A DNA stretch of 64,000 nt. Source: Bacillota bacterium. GTDB lineage: Bacteria > Bacillota > Sulfobacillia > JAJZYS01 > JAJYTV01. A program made the position numbers and the translations under genes. Location: positions 18,329 through 82,328 of the forward strand of contig JAJYTE010000001.1 of NCBI GenBank assembly GCA_021793215.1. Reading direction: 5' to 3'. A model generated the notes under the pieces. It worked only from the letters and a program-made list of their open reading frames with translations, searched no databases and was not told where the DNA came from. Position 1 is the stretch's first letter. Each line of letters opens with the position of its first letter. Below, piece by piece: positions 35,602-46,489 of the stretch.

Positions 35602-36808
35602 TGAGAGGGGGCCGCTCGACGGCGTGCGCGTCCTCGACCTCTCGCGCGTGCTGGCGGGGCCGTTCGCGACGATGTCGCTCGGTGAGCTCGGTGCGCGCGT
35701 GATCAAGGTGGAGCACGTGCTCGAGGGCGACGAGACCCGCAGCTGGGGCCCGCCGTTCGTCGAGGGGGAGTCGGCGTACTACCTCGGCGTGAACCGCAAC
35801 AAGGAGAGCCTGGCGCTCGACCTGACGCGGGCCGAGGCGCAGGAGGTGGTCCGCCGCCTCGCCACCGGATGGGCGGACGTCGTGGTGGAGAACTTCCGCC
35901 CGGGCAACCTCGACCGGTTCAACCTCTCGCTCGAGTCGCTGCGCGATGCGCAGCCCAGCCTGATCACCGCGAGCGTTCGGGGCTACCCGCTCGGTGACGA
36001 CCGCGCCGGCTACGACTTCGTCATCCAGGGCGCGGGCGGCCTGATGTCGATCACGGGGCCGTCCGACGGGGAACCGTACAAGGTCGGGGTGGCTGCCGCG
36101 GACCTCTTCACGAGCATGTTCCTGCTCAGCGGCGTGCTCGCCGCCCTCTACGAGCGAACCCGAACAGGCCGCGGGCAGCACGTCTCTGTCTCCCTGTTCG
36201 AAAGCCAGGTCGCGATGCTCGCGAACGTCGCCTCCTCCTACCTGCTCACGGGACAGCGCCCGCGCCGCTACGGCAACGCCCACCCTTCGATGGCGCCGTA
36301 CGAGACCGTGCGCACGAAGGACAAGCCGATCGCGATCGGGGTCGGCAACGACCGCCAGTTTCTGAGCCTGGCGCGCGCGCTGGGGCGTGAAGCGTGGGTG
36401 GACGACGCGCGGTTTGGCACGAATCCAGACCGGGTCGCGCACCGCGAGGAACTCCTGGCGGAGATCGAGGCGGCGCTCGCGGAGCGCACCCGGGAGGAGG
36501 CGCTCGCACTGCTGACCAAGGGCGGCATCCCCTGCGGCCCGATCCGCAGCATCGATGAGGTGTTCGCGGGCGCGGAGGTGGCGCAGGCGGGCACCGTCGC
36601 CCACCTGCGCCATCCGCTGATCGAGGACCTGCCGCAGGTCCGGCTGCCTTGGCGCTACAGCCGCACCCCGGCCGAGCCGCGCACGCCGCCGCCGCTGCTG
36701 GGCGAGCACACGCGGCGGATCCTGCGCGAGGTGGGGCTGAGCGATGCGCAGATCGAGGCTGCGCTCGCGACCGGCTACGCCAGCGCACCTCCGGAGAGGG
36801 ACACGTAA
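35594..36808 (+). CDS. CoA-transferase family III (CaiB/BaiF-like)
   Basis: ...GVRVLDLSRVLAGPFATMSLGELGARVIKVE... plus the conserved Asp region ...GLMSITGPSDGEPYKVGVAAADLF.... Confidence 0.85.
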   Translation: MADERGPLDGVRVLDLSRVLAGPFATMSLGELGARVIKVEHVLEGDETRSWGPPFVEGESAYYLGVNRNKESLALDLTRAEAQEVVRRLATGWADVVVENFRPGNLDRFNLSLESLRDAQPSLITASVRGYPLGDDRAGYDFVIQGAGGLMSITGPSDGEPYKVGVAAADLFTSMFLLSGVLAALYERTRTGRGQHVSVSLFESQVAMLANVASSYLLTGQRPRRYGNAHPSMAPYETVRTKDKPIAIGVGNDRQFLSLARALGREAWVDDARFGTNPDRVAHREELLAEIEAALAERTREEALALLTKGGIPCGPIRSIDEVFAGAEVAQAGTVAHLRHPLIEDLPQVRLPWRYSRTPAEPRTPPPLLGEHTRRILREVGLSDAQIEAALATGYASAPPERDT

Positions 36809-36886
36809 TGGCAGTCGGTTTCGCCGTCGCGCAAACTTCACACCGCCAAGGTACAATTGTCTAAGGGCTAGGTGGGGAGGGGCAGC

Positions 36887-37489
36887 ATGTCCACTGCGGA
36901 GGCCTCAGAGCGGACCGTCGGCATGGACCGTGCGGCCCGCATCGTCTCGGACCTCGGCAGCCCGCCTGTTGTCGGCACTGCCTACTTCCTGGTGCTCGCC
37001 ATCGCGCTAGGTCCGCGGGATCTCGGCATGACGGCCGCGGCATGGGGCCTCATGCTGTGCTTGCCTTCGCTGATCCTGCTCGGTGCAGTCAAGCGCGGCC
37101 GCGTCAGCGACTCCGACATGACCTTGATCGCGGAGCGCAAAAGGTTCCTTCCGCTGGCCTTGCCGTTTGGCGTCGTGACGCTGGCCGGTGCCGTGCTCTT
37201 CAGGGCCCCGTCGGCGCTGGAGACCTCGATCGCCGGCATGGTGCTGTGGGTGGCGGCGGGTTCGGTGATCACCCAGTTCTGGAAGGTCAGCATGCACGTC
37301 AGCGGTGCGGCCGCGGGCTTCTGGCTCAGCCTCCTGTTCTTCGGCCCGCCCGCGCTCGCGGTCGTTTGGGTGCCGGTCGTCATCGGTTGGTCGAGGCTGC
37401 GCCTTCACCGCCACGACGCATGGCAAGTGGCGGGCGGCGCTCTGCTCGGGACCGTGAGCGTGCTCGCGGCGTTCGCCGCCCTCCACTAG
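36887..37489 (+). CDS. PAP2-superfamily-like membrane protein (degenerate phosphatase motifs)
   Basis: ATG 5 nt after GGGGAGGG. TM-rich, with SMHVSG and SRLRLHRHDAWQ resembling PAP2 motifs 2 and 3; the final Asp is replaced. Confidence 0.4.
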   Translation: MSTAEASERTVGMDRAARIVSDLGSPPVVGTAYFLVLAIALGPRDLGMTAAAWGLMLCLPSLILLGAVKRGRVSDSDMTLIAERKRFLPLALPFGVVTLAGAVLFRAPSALETSIAGMVLWVAAGSVITQFWKVSMHVSGAAAGFWLSLLFFGPPALAVVWVPVVIGWSRLRLHRHDAWQVAGGALLGTVSVLAAFAALH

Positions 37490-37557
37490 GCAGGCGGGAT
37501 GCGCGCGTTGGCGAAGTAGGCATTGCGGTTTCAGGTTCCGGAGAGGAGTTATCGCCG

Positions 37558-38034
37558 ATGTCGCAAGACGCGGGCCAGCCCTTGACCAACCTGTACCTGG
37601 CAGCGGCCGTGATCGGCGTGCTGTCCGTGATCTCACACTTCGCGGTCCCCAGGACGAGCGACTTGGCGAGACTGATCGGCTACGCGCTCGATATCCTGAT
37701 TGCGGTCGTCGTCGGCCTGATCGCCATCCGTGCGAAGCGGACCGTGGACCGCGCGGCCCTCAGGGCGTCCGCGGCCGGCGCCATCTTCGGACTCATCACT
37801 GGGGTCGGGGACCTCTTGTTCCCGCCGTCGGCCGGCGCGCTGCGCAGCGCCATGCTGGATGATCGCGCCAGCATCTCGCAGTCCGAGATGAACGCGGTGA
37901 TCAACTTCACGCGTTCGCTCGGGGTGCGTATTTTCGAACTGATCGTCGCCGTGCTGGTCGGATGGCTCCTGGCGCTGCTGATCGGGTGGATCGTGACCCT
38001 GTTCGTGCAGGGCCCGGACCAGCGGGCGATCTAG
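37558..38034 (+). CDS. Hypothetical membrane protein (158 aa)
   Basis: ATG after GGAGAGGAG; 4 predicted TM segments. The track ORF 37042-38034 is an extension. Confidence 0.45.
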   Translation: MSQDAGQPLTNLYLAAAVIGVLSVISHFAVPRTSDLARLIGYALDILIAVVVGLIAIRAKRTVDRAALRASAAGAIFGLITGVGDLLFPPSAGALRSAMLDDRASISQSEMNAVINFTRSLGVRIFELIVAVLVGWLLALLIGWIVTLFVQGPDQRAI

Positions 38035-38103
38035 AACCCCATCTCGGTCCCCGGCCGCAGAGCGGCCGGGGACCGATCACGTCTTTTCGGAGGAGGGACT
38101 CCA

Positions 38104-40119
38104 TTGGCGATCGAGCTGCGCGCCGTCTCCCGCGTCTACCGCATGGGCAGCGAGGAGGTGCAGGCCCTGCGCGGGCTCTCGCTGCGCGTGGAGGATGGCG
38201 AGTTCCTAGCCATCCTGGGACCGAGCGGATCCGGCAAGACGACACTCCTGCACCTGATCGGCGGTCTCGATCGCCCGACCGCCGGCGAGCTCAGCGCGGC
38301 CGGGGTCTCGCTCGGCGAAGCCGACAGCGACGCGCTTGCGGCGTACCGCCGCACCCGCGTGGGCATCGTCTTCCAGTCCTTCCACCTCATCGGCTCCCTG
38401 ACGGCGTGCGAGAACGTGGAGATCGCCATGGCGCTGAACGGGCAGAGCGCCTCGGCCCGGCGGGCGCGGGCCGAGGCGCTGCTCGCCGAGGTGGGTCTCT
38501 CGGACCGCATGCACCATCGGCCGTCGCAGCTCTCCGGCGGGCAGCAACAGCGCGTCGCGATCGCGCGCGCCCTTGCGAACGACCCCGAGATTCTGCTCTG
38601 CGATGAGCCGACCGGCAACCTCGATACCGCCTCGGGCGAGCAGATCATGGAGCTGCTGAGGGAGCTGCACCGCGGCGGCAGGACGCTCGTCCTGATCACC
38701 CACAACCCGAGCCTCGTGGCGGACGCCGACAGGGTCCTCAGGCTGCTCGACGGCGCGCTCCAGGAGCTCGTGGGAGACGCGCCCGCGCCGCGCGAGGTGC
38801 GGTCGCGTGTGGATGCCGGAAGGATGCCGCTCGGGGACCTCCTCGGCTACGCCTGGCGCAGCATCCGCAGGGTCAAGGCGCGGGCCGTCCTCACGGGCCT
38901 CGGCGTCGCGATCGGCGTCGGTGCGATCGTGCTGATGGTCTCCTTCGGCCAGGGCTTGCAGCAGAGCGTGATCGCGCAGCTGAACGGGCTGGGCTCGGTG
39001 ACCCAGATCATGGTGAGCGGCGCGAAGAGTCAGAGCGCATCCCCGCTCGGCGTCTCGCTCGGCGCACCGTCGGCGCAGAAGCCCCTGAACGACCAGACGA
39101 TCGCCCGCTTCTCGCGCCTGCCGCACGTCGCAGGCGCCTACTACGCGGCGACGCTCGTCGCGACGGTGCATGAGGGGTCGCGCGGCGCGACGGTCGTCGC
39201 GCAGAACCTCGCGCCGCACCGCTTCCAGCTGCCGAGCCTGCGCAAGCAGCTGCGCATGGGCCGCATCCCCGGCGACTCCGAGCAGGCGATCGTGCTCAGC
39301 GACGGCTCCGCCGCGTACCTCCTGCCCAAGGGCGAGAAGACGACGAGCAAGAACCTCAGGCGCCTTCTGGGGCAGGAGATCCCTTTGCGCTTCAGCGGGG
39401 ACTTCGGATCGAACGGCCTCGACGGCAGCGCCTTCGCGCAGCCCGCCAGCGAAACGCTGAAGGTCGTCGGCATCATCCACGGCAGCGCGAGCTACGTGCC
39501 CTACCGCACCCTGCAGTCGATCCTGCGCCAGGGCAAGGGAAAGGAGGGGGAGGGGCCGGACGGCTTCCTCTACGACCAGATCACGGTGCAGGCGACGTCT
39601 CAGGCAGACGTTCAGCCGCTCGCGGACCGCCTAAGCCGCATGGGGTACGGCACGCGGACGTTCCAGAGCATCATCGACGCGCTGCACCAAGTCTTCCTGA
39701 TCGTCCAGTCCATCCTCGGTGTGATCGGCGGTATCGCGCTGGTCGTCGCGGGCCTCGGGATCGCGAACGTGATGATCGTGGCGGTGCTCGAGCGCACCCG
39801 GGAGATCGGGGTGCTGAAGGCGATCGGGGCGCGGCGGCGCGACGTCCGCCGCATGTTCCTCGCGGAGTCGCTGATCATCGGCGCCCTCGGCGGGGCGGTG
39901 GGGCTCGTGTGCGGCTGGCTCGCGGGGAAGGGGATCAACGCGCTCGTGAACCATTCGATCCTGCAGGGCGGGGGGCAAAGCGTCGCGCTGTTCGCGGTCA
40001 CGCCGTGGATCGCGTTCGGCGCCATGGCGTTCGCGTTGATCGTCGCGCTCGTGTCGGGCGTCTACCCGGCGAGCCGGGCGGCGGCGCTGAACCCCGTCGA
40101 CGCCCTGGGGCACGAGTAG
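38104..40119 (+). CDS. MacB-type ABC transporter, fused ATPase + FtsX-like permease
   Basis: TTG start after GGAGGAGGG. Walker A GPSGSGKTT, signature LSGGQQQRVAIARAL, and a C-terminal 4-TM FtsX permease with a large extracytoplasmic loop. Confidence 0.85.
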   Translation: MAIELRAVSRVYRMGSEEVQALRGLSLRVEDGEFLAILGPSGSGKTTLLHLIGGLDRPTAGELSAAGVSLGEADSDALAAYRRTRVGIVFQSFHLIGSLTACENVEIAMALNGQSASARRARAEALLAEVGLSDRMHHRPSQLSGGQQQRVAIARALANDPEILLCDEPTGNLDTASGEQIMELLRELHRGGRTLVLITHNPSLVADADRVLRLLDGALQELVGDAPAPREVRSRVDAGRMPLGDLLGYAWRSIRRVKARAVLTGLGVAIGVGAIVLMVSFGQGLQQSVIAQLNGLGSVTQIMVSGAKSQSASPLGVSLGAPSAQKPLNDQTIARFSRLPHVAGAYYAATLVATVHEGSRGATVVAQNLAPHRFQLPSLRKQLRMGRIPGDSEQAIVLSDGSAAYLLPKGEKTTSKNLRRLLGQEIPLRFSGDFGSNGLDGSAFAQPASETLKVVGIIHGSASYVPYRTLQSILRQGKGKEGEGPDGFLYDQITVQATSQADVQPLADRLSRMGYGTRTFQSIIDALHQVFLIVQSILGVIGGIALVVAGLGIANVMIVAVLERTREIGVLKAIGARRRDVRRMFLAESLIIGALGGAVGLVCGWLAGKGINALVNHSILQGGGQSVALFAVTPWIAFGAMAFALIVALVSGVYPASRAAALNPVDALGHE

Positions 40120-40126
40120 CGTCGCA

Positions 40127-40154
40127 CGAAAACGCGCGGCCCGGCTCTTCAGAG
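40127..40154. terminator. Bidirectional hairpin terminator (GCGGCCCGGCTC-TTCAGA-GAGCCGGGCCGC core)
   Basis: An 11-12-bp perfect stem between the convergent ABC transporter (ends 40119) and aquaporin (ends 40179). Confidence 0.5.
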
Positions 40155-40178
40155 AGCCGGGCCGAACCGCGTCCCGAT

Positions 40179-40823
40179 CTAGCGGGTTCCGCGCACCGTG
40201 CGGTAGAGGCCCGCTGCGAGCACGGCGCCGACCACCGGACCGACGAGGTAGATCCAGAAGTCCGTCCAGGTTCCGGAGACTAGCGCGGGCCCGAAGGAGC
40301 GCGCGGGGTTGAACGAACCGCCCGAGATGCTGCCGGTGAAGAACGCGGCGGCTACGAGGGAGAGCCCTACGCTGAGGCCGCTCGCGGCCGCTGGGAACTT
40401 GGGGTGCGAGAGCGCGGAGACTCCCGTCATCAGGATGAACGTCCCGAGGATCTCCGCGCCGAGCGCCATGGTGACCGAGATGTGCGGCGCGGGCACCGTT
40501 GCCCCGAGGTGCGCGACGTTCCCGAAGAACAGCAGAAGCACGACTGCCGTGATGGTTGCACCGATCAGCTGGCTGATGATGTAGGGCACGACATCGCGCC
40601 AGGGGATCATGCCGAGCATCGCGAGTCCAATCGTGATCGCAGGATTCACCGCAGATCCCGAGATGGGTCCGAACGCGTACACCGAAACAAGGAGGCCGAG
40701 TCCGAAAGCCAGGACGATACCGATACCGCCGGGCTGCCCCGTCAGGCTTGTGGCGATGATGGCGCCAGTGCCGGGCAGCGTCAGAAGAATGGTTCCGAGC
40801 ACCTCCGCGCCGTACTTTCGCAT
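40179..40823 (-). CDS. Aquaporin / MIP-family channel
   Basis: 214 aa with two NPA boxes (SAVNPAITIG and GSFNPARSFGPA). Confidence 0.9.
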   Translation of the reverse strand: MRKYGAEVLGTILLTLPGTGAIIATSLTGQPGGIGIVLAFGLGLLVSVYAFGPISGSAVNPAITIGLAMLGMIPWRDVVPYIISQLIGATITAVVLLLFFGNVAHLGATVPAPHISVTMALGAEILGTFILMTGVSALSHPKFPAAASGLSVGLSLVAAAFFTGSISGGSFNPARSFGPALVSGTWTDFWIYLVGPVVGAVLAAGLYRTVRGTR

Positions 40824-41051
40824 AGAGCTTCGCCTCCCTAAGACGCTAGATTACCCGAGGTGCGTCCCGGATAGGAAGCCTTGACACTCGCGGAAACCCG
40901 AGAGTTTGCGCAGCGGGCGCTCCGGGCGCCCAGCCACGCCGTGCCGTCAAGAAGGGCATCCTGTTGGGAGGGCCCGCGGGGCACGCCCACCATGCGTAAG
41001 ACGTACGCGGAATCATGAAAACTGCGCATCGCGCATGAAAGGTGAGCCGCG

Positions 41052-41057
41052 CTATAA
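41052..41057 (+). promoter_or_regulatory. Candidate -10 element TATAAT upstream of sucA
   Basis: A perfect TATAAT 72 nt before the sucA ATG. No good -35 is present; a repeated CGCATGAAA motif lies just upstream. Confidence 0.25.
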
Positions 41058-41129
41058 TGATGGCGCTTCGATGGCAATGGTCTTGGGACCCATTTCTGCT
41101 GGAAATCTGGCCGTGCGAGGAAGATACGT

Positions 41130-43934
41130 ATGGATCTCGGGGAGCTCTTTCACGGACCGAACCAAGGCGCGGCGCTCGAGCTCTACGAGCGCTACCGCCA
41201 GGACCCCTCGTCCGTCGACGCGAGGAGCGCGCAACTCTTCGCGGAGCTTGAGCGCGGCGGCGCGCTGGACTTCGGCGCCACGGCACAGCTGGCCGCGCCA
41301 AGCGCCCCAGTTGATACCCAGGCGATCGTGTTGGCGGCGCGCCTCGCCCGCAACATTCGCCAGTTCGGCCACCTGCGCGCGAAGCTCGACCCCTTCGGAG
41401 ACGACCCGCAGACCGATCACGCGCTGGAGCCGCAGGCCTACGGCCTGACCGAACGGCAGATGCGCGAATTGCCCGGCAGCATCGTCTTCCCCGGCGAGGG
41501 CGCGGCGGCGGGGGCGCTGCAGGACGCGATCGAGCGCCTGCGGGCGATCTACATGGGCCACATCGGCTTCGACATCAGCCATGTCCACGTCGCGGAGGAG
41601 CGGGAGTGGCTGCAGCAGGCCGCCGAGGCCGGCGGCTACCTGAAGATCGCGCCGGCCCGCCAGAAGGAGACTCTGCTGCGCCTGATCGCGGTCGAGGAGT
41701 TCGAGCAGTTCCTGCACCGTACGTTCCAGGGCCAGAAGCGCTTCTCGATCGAGGGCACGGACATGCTGGTACCGATGCTCGACGAGATCCTGGACGACGC
41801 CGCGCGCAGCGGAACGCACGAGGTCACGATCGGTATGGCCCACCGCGGCCGCCTCAGCGTGCTGACGCACGTGCTGGGCAAGCCCTTCGGTCAAATCTTC
41901 ACCGAGTTCCACGCCGGCCCCGCGGAGGAGGCCGACATCACCGGCGGCTGGTCCGGGGACGTGAAGTACCACCTCGGCAGCCGGCGGACGATTCAGGAGC
42001 CGGACGGGCCGGTGCAGCTGACGCTCGCGAACAACCCGAGCCACCTCGAGTTCGTCAACCCCGTCGTGCAGGGTATCACCCGCGCGGCGCAGGACGACCG
42101 CGAGCACGCCGGGCGCGCGCGCCAGGAGGTCTCCCGCGCGCTGAACGTGACGGTGCACGGCGATGCGGCGTTCCCCGGAGAGGGCGTCGTCGCGGAGACG
42201 CTGAACCTCTCGCGGCTGCGCGGCTACACGACCGGCGGAACGATCCACATCATCGCGAACAACCAGGTCGGGTTCACGACGAACCCTCCGGACGACCGCT
42301 CGACGCGCTACGCATCGGACCTTGCGAAGGGGTTCGAGATCCCCGTCCTGCACGTGAACGCCGATCAACCGGAGGCCTGCCTCGCGGCAGCGCGCATCGC
42401 GATCGCCTACCGCCAGCTCTTCCACAAGGACATCCTCATCGACTTGATCGGCTACCGGCGCTACGGGCACAACGAGGGAGACGAGCCGAGCTTCACGCAG
42501 CCGCTCCTGTACGCAAAGATCAAGGACCACCCGACGGTGGCCGCGCTCTACGCGCAGCGGCTGACGGCGGCGGGCGTCGTGAACGCCGAGGACGTGGACG
42601 CGCAGCGCAAGGCGGCTGAGCAGACGCTTCGCCAGGCGTACGACGACGTCGTCAACGGCAAGGAGAAGTTCCCGCACGGCATGCCGCCCGAGCGCGGCTC
42701 GGTCGAGCAGCCGGAGGAGCCGGGGGAGGACCGCCTGCGCGCGCTGAACGGCGCGCTCCTCGCGCGGCCCGAGGGATTCGAGGTCAACCCGAAGCTCGAG
42801 CGCCTGCTGCAGCGGCGCGGTGAACTGATCGAGAAGACCGATGGCATCGACTGGGCGCACGCGGAGGCGCTCGCCTTCGCGGCCATCCTCGAGGACGGCA
42901 CACCGATCCGCCTGACCGGCCAGGACACCGAACGCGGCACCTTTAGCCAGCGCCACCTGGTGCTGCACGACGTGCAGACCGGCAAGACGTACGCGCCGCA
43001 TCGCCACCTCCAGCAGGCGCGCGCCAGCTTCGATGTGCACAACAGCCCCTTGTCGGAGGCTGCGGCGCTCGGCTTCGAGTACGGCTACAGCCTGCGGGCT
43101 CCCGAGGCGTTCGTGCTCTGGGAGGCCCAGTTCGGGGACTTCGCCAACGCCGGCCAGGTGATCGTGGACCAGTTCATCTCCGCCGCCCGCGCCAAGTGGG
43201 CCGAGACATCGGGCCTGACGCTCCTGCTGCCGCACGGCTACGAGGGGATGGGGCCGGAGCACTCGAGCGGCCGAGTGGAACGCTACCTGCAGCTCGCCGC
43301 GGAGGACAATCTGCGCATCGCGAACTGCACGACCTCCGCGCAGTACTTCCACCTGCTCCGCCTGCAGGCGGAGGCACTGAAGGAGCGGCCGCGCCCGTTG
43401 ATCGTGATGACGCCGAAGAGCCTCCTCCGCCACCCGCTGGCGGCGTCGAGCCTCGTGGACCTGGCGCACGGTCGGTTCATGCCGGTGCTGGACGACGCGC
43501 GGGCCGAGGGGCGCAAGTCCGAGGTGGAGCGGCTCGTATTCTGCAGCGGCAAGATCGCGGTGGAGTACCGCCAGAAGGCGCAGGAGAGCCGTGACGCCGA
43601 GCGCGGTGCGCTGCTGCGGGTCGAACTCCTCTACCCGTTCCCGGAGGCCGAGATCCGCGAGATCCTCTCGACATACCCTGCGGCCCGCGAGTTCATCTGG
43701 CTGCAGGAGGAACCGCGCAACATGGGCGCTTACGCGTACATCGCGCCGCGCCTGCAGGCGCTTCTGCCGGACGGCGCCGAACTGCACTACGTCGGGCGCC
43801 CGGACCGGGCGGCCACGGCCGAGGGCATGCCGGACGTCCACCAGGCGGAACACGAGCGCATCCTGGCGGCCGCCCTCGGTGGCAATCTGCCCGTGAAACT
43901 CGAGATGCGGGGTGGGAAGAGACGTGCCAAGTGA
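41130..43934 (+). CDS. sucA: 2-oxoglutarate dehydrogenase E1 component
   Basis: 934 aa; the ThDP-dependent E1o pattern is present throughout (...[19 protein letters not shown]..., ...[19 protein letters not shown]...). Confidence 0.9.
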   Translation: MDLGELFHGPNQGAALELYERYRQDPSSVDARSAQLFAELERGGALDFGATAQLAAPSAPVDTQAIVLAARLARNIRQFGHLRAKLDPFGDDPQTDHALEPQAYGLTERQMRELPGSIVFPGEGAAAGALQDAIERLRAIYMGHIGFDISHVHVAEEREWLQQAAEAGGYLKIAPARQKETLLRLIAVEEFEQFLHRTFQGQKRFSIEGTDMLVPMLDEILDDAARSGTHEVTIGMAHRGRLSVLTHVLGKPFGQIFTEFHAGPAEEADITGGWSGDVKYHLGSRRTIQEPDGPVQLTLANNPSHLEFVNPVVQGITRAAQDDREHAGRARQEVSRALNVTVHGDAAFPGEGVVAETLNLSRLRGYTTGGTIHIIANNQVGFTTNPPDDRSTRYASDLAKGFEIPVLHVNADQPEACLAAARIAIAYRQLFHKDILIDLIGYRRYGHNEGDEPSFTQPLLYAKIKDHPTVAALYAQRLTAAGVVNAEDVDAQRKAAEQTLRQAYDDVVNGKEKFPHGMPPERGSVEQPEEPGEDRLRALNGALLARPEGFEVNPKLERLLQRRGELIEKTDGIDWAHAEALAFAAILEDGTPIRLTGQDTERGTFSQRHLVLHDVQTGKTYAPHRHLQQARASFDVHNSPLSEAAALGFEYGYSLRAPEAFVLWEAQFGDFANAGQVIVDQFISAARAKWAETSGLTLLLPHGYEGMGPEHSSGRVERYLQLAAEDNLRIANCTTSAQYFHLLRLQAEALKERPRPLIVMTPKSLLRHPLAASSLVDLAHGRFMPVLDDARAEGRKSEVERLVFCSGKIAVEYRQKAQESRDAERGALLRVELLYPFPEAEIREILSTYPAAREFIWLQEEPRNMGAYAYIAPRLQALLPDGAELHYVGRPDRAATAEGMPDVHQAEHERILAAALGGNLPVKLEMRGGKRRAK

Positions 43935-45201
43935 AATCACGGTTCCGCAGCTCGGCGAGTCGATCGTCGAGGCGACGGTCGGCCGCTGGCTGAAGCAACC
44001 GGGCGATCAGGTTGCCCAGGGCGAGGCCCTGGTCGAGCTCGAGACGGACAAGGTGAACCTTGAGGTGCAGGCGCAGGAGGCCGGCGTACTGACGGAGGTG
44101 CGCAAGGCGGAAGGGGATACGGTCGGCATCGGCGAGGTGCTCGGCCTTCTCGGAGAGTCTGGAGCGGGCGCTGCTCCGTCGGCTCAGCCCGCGGCGGCCG
44201 CCGCCGCCCCGGTCGGGCAGCCGAAGGCGGCCGAGCCCCCGGCCGCGCCGGCGACCCCCGCGCCGACCCCGGGCACCGCCGAGGAGACCGGCGGGCCGAC
44301 GTCGCCGGAGGTTCGCCGCCTCGCGCAGGACCTGCAGGTGGACCTCGCCAGGGTTGCCGGCAGCGGACCGCGTGGCCGAGTGACCCGCGAGGACGTCCTA
44401 GCGGCGAACGCGGCATCGCACGGCGCGGCGAAGGCTCCGGTTGCCGCTGCCCCTGCGGCACCAGCCTCGTCCGCGGGTGCACTGCTCACGGAGGGACAGG
44501 GCCGGCGCGAGGAGCGCCAGCGCATGTCGCGCCGACGCCAGACGATCGCCCGGCGCCTCGTCGAGGCACAGCACCAGGCGGCCATGCTCACGACGTTCAA
44601 CGAAGTCGACCTCTCCGCCGTGATGGCGCTGCGCCGGGAGCGCAAGGACGCGTTCAAGGAACGGCACGGCGTATCGCTCGGGCTGATGTCCTTCTTCACG
44701 AAGGCGACGCTCTCGGCCCTCCACGCCTTCCCCCGACTCAACGCGGAGATCCAGGGCGACGAGATCGTTCTCAAGCGCTACTATGACATCGGGATCGCCG
44801 TCTCGACCGACGAGGGGCTCGTCGTGCCGGTGGTGCGTGACGCCGATCGCCTGAACTTCGCAGGCATCGAGCAGGCGATCGCGGCCCTGGCGGAGAAGGC
44901 GCGCGGCGGCACGCTGACGCTCGAGGACCTGAGCGGCGGGTCGTTCACGATCACGAACGGCGGTGTCTTCGGCTCTCTGATGTCGACTCCGATCCTCAAC
45001 GCACCGCAGGTCGGCATCCTCGGGATGCACGGCATCGTCGAGCGGCCCATCGCGGTGAACGGCGAGGTCGTGATCCGTCCGATGATGTACATCGCGCTCT
45101 CGTACGATCACCGTGTGGTGGATGGCAGCGAGTCGGTCCGCTTCCTGCGCCATATCAAGGAGTGCTTGGAGGACCCGACGAAGCTGCTGCTCGAGGGTTG
45201 A
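43912..45201 (+). CDS. sucB: Dihydrolipoyllysine-residue succinyltransferase (E2o)
   Basis: Lipoyl domain ...[14 protein letters not shown]..., an Ala/Pro linker, a PSBD, and catalytic ...[10 protein letters not shown].... The start is ATG at 43912 or GTG at 43924, overlapping the sucA 3' end. Confidence 0.85.
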   Translation: MGRDVPSEITVPQLGESIVEATVGRWLKQPGDQVAQGEALVELETDKVNLEVQAQEAGVLTEVRKAEGDTVGIGEVLGLLGESGAGAAPSAQPAAAAAAPVGQPKAAEPPAAPATPAPTPGTAEETGGPTSPEVRRLAQDLQVDLARVAGSGPRGRVTREDVLAANAASHGAAKAPVAAAPAAPASSAGALLTEGQGRREERQRMSRRRQTIARRLVEAQHQAAMLTTFNEVDLSAVMALRRERKDAFKERHGVSLGLMSFFTKATLSALHAFPRLNAEIQGDEIVLKRYYDIGIAVSTDEGLVVPVVRDADRLNFAGIEQAIAALAEKARGGTLTLEDLSGGSFTITNGGVFGSLMSTPILNAPQVGILGMHGIVERPIAVNGEVVIRPMMYIALSYDHRVVDGSESVRFLRHIKECLEDPTKLLLEG

Positions 45202-45265
45202 GGGTAGAGGGGACGCGGCGCGGCGGCCTTGGCCGGCGCGCCGCGTCCTCGCAGGAGGGGGACCT

Positions 45266-46462
45266 TTGCGGATCGGCGCTTCCCAGACCGCGGAGCGGGT
45301 GGCATGGCTCGCGAACTTCGGCATCGGCCTGTTGGCGACGTCCTACGGGGCGGCGCTGCCGGCGCTCGTGCACGACCTGGGACGCGGCTACGCAGCCCTC
45401 TCGCTGCTGTTCGTCGCCTTCGCAGCGGGCAATACCGTCACCTACTTCCTCGCGAACCCCCTGATCGACCGCGGCGGAGTGCAGCGTGTGCTCGTCGCCG
45501 GACTCGCCACGTTCTTCGCCGCGGGGCTGGCGCTGGGGCTCGCGCGCAGCTTCGGGGCGTGGGTCGCTGCGACCCTCGTGATGGGCATCGCCTTCTCCCT
45601 GGCGGACGTCTCGGCCGCGCGCCTCGTAGGTGCGCTCCACCATCAGGCCCCGGCGCACGCCATGAACCGCTTGAACATCTACTTCGGCATCGGCGCCATC
45701 GCGGCGCCGATGATCGTGGGGTTCTCGGTGCACCTGGGAGGCGGTCCGCAGCCTGTGTTCCTGCTGATCGCCCTCTGTGGTGGGGTCGGCGCAGCGGTGC
45801 TTTCGCGGCTGCCCCAGCCCCCGCGCCGCCAAGCGGAGACGAGCAGCCGGGGGGACTCCTTCGCGCGCTACTTCCGCCAGGCGCGCTGGCTGCAGCTCCT
45901 GACGCTCATGATCTTCTTCTACATCTCGGCCGAGGTGGGCTTCGGCGCCTGGATCGCCGCCTACGTGCACCTTAGGGCCGGCCTCAGCACGGCGGTGGCG
46001 GCGCTCTATCCGTCCGCGTACCAGTTCGGCTTGATCAGCGTGCGCCTGATCGTGGCGCGCTCCCTCGCCGTGCTGCGGCTTGAGCGCATGCTGGCGCTCG
46101 GAGGGCTGGTGGCGGCCATGGCGACGCTGGGCGCGGCGCTGGGCGGGGCGAACGCATGGCTTGCGCTCGCGGGCGCGTTCTTGGCCGGGGTGGGCTTCTC
46201 TCCGGCCTTCCCGGTCGCACTGACGCTCGCGAGCGTGCGCGGGCCCGGCCGCGAGGGGTGGACCTTCGGCGCCGTCTTCTCGGCGCTCGCGCTGGCGGCG
46301 TTGATCGCGCCCTGGGCGGAGGGGCAGGTGTTCGGCCGGCTGCCGCTCGTGGCGCTGCTGCTGACCCCGCTGAGCGCTCTGGTGATGGCCGGGTGCGCGA
46401 TCCTCTTGATGCGCTCGCCCGCGGCGCCCTCGGATCGGGTGCCCGCGCAGAACGTCGGCTGA
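45266..46462 (+). CDS. MFS transporter
   Basis: TTG start 4-6 nt after AGGAGGGGGA; 12 predicted TM segments. The track start at 45113 extends into sucB. Confidence 0.65.
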   Translation: MRIGASQTAERVAWLANFGIGLLATSYGAALPALVHDLGRGYAALSLLFVAFAAGNTVTYFLANPLIDRGGVQRVLVAGLATFFAAGLALGLARSFGAWVAATLVMGIAFSLADVSAARLVGALHHQAPAHAMNRLNIYFGIGAIAAPMIVGFSVHLGGGPQPVFLLIALCGGVGAAVLSRLPQPPRRQAETSSRGDSFARYFRQARWLQLLTLMIFFYISAEVGFGAWIAAYVHLRAGLSTAVAALYPSAYQFGLISVRLIVARSLAVLRLERMLALGGLVAAMATLGAALGGANAWLALAGAFLAGVGFSPAFPVALTLASVRGPGREGWTFGAVFSALALAALIAPWAEGQVFGRLPLVALLLTPLSALVMAGCAILLMRSPAAPSDRVPAQNVG

Positions 46463-46489
46463 TCCGCATCGCGGCGGAGGGAGTGTGAC

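Noticed and set aside
40990-41045. Repeated CGCATGAAA motifs upstream of sucA as a cre (CcpA) or CodY box
   Set aside because: Alignment to TGWAANCGNTNWCA and AATTTTCWGAAAATT fails at several invariant positions. Kept only as an unexplained repeat next to the TATAAT.
41052-43940. 962-aa minus-strand ORF
   Set aside because: Exact antisense of the sucA E1o gene. A GC-frame artefact.
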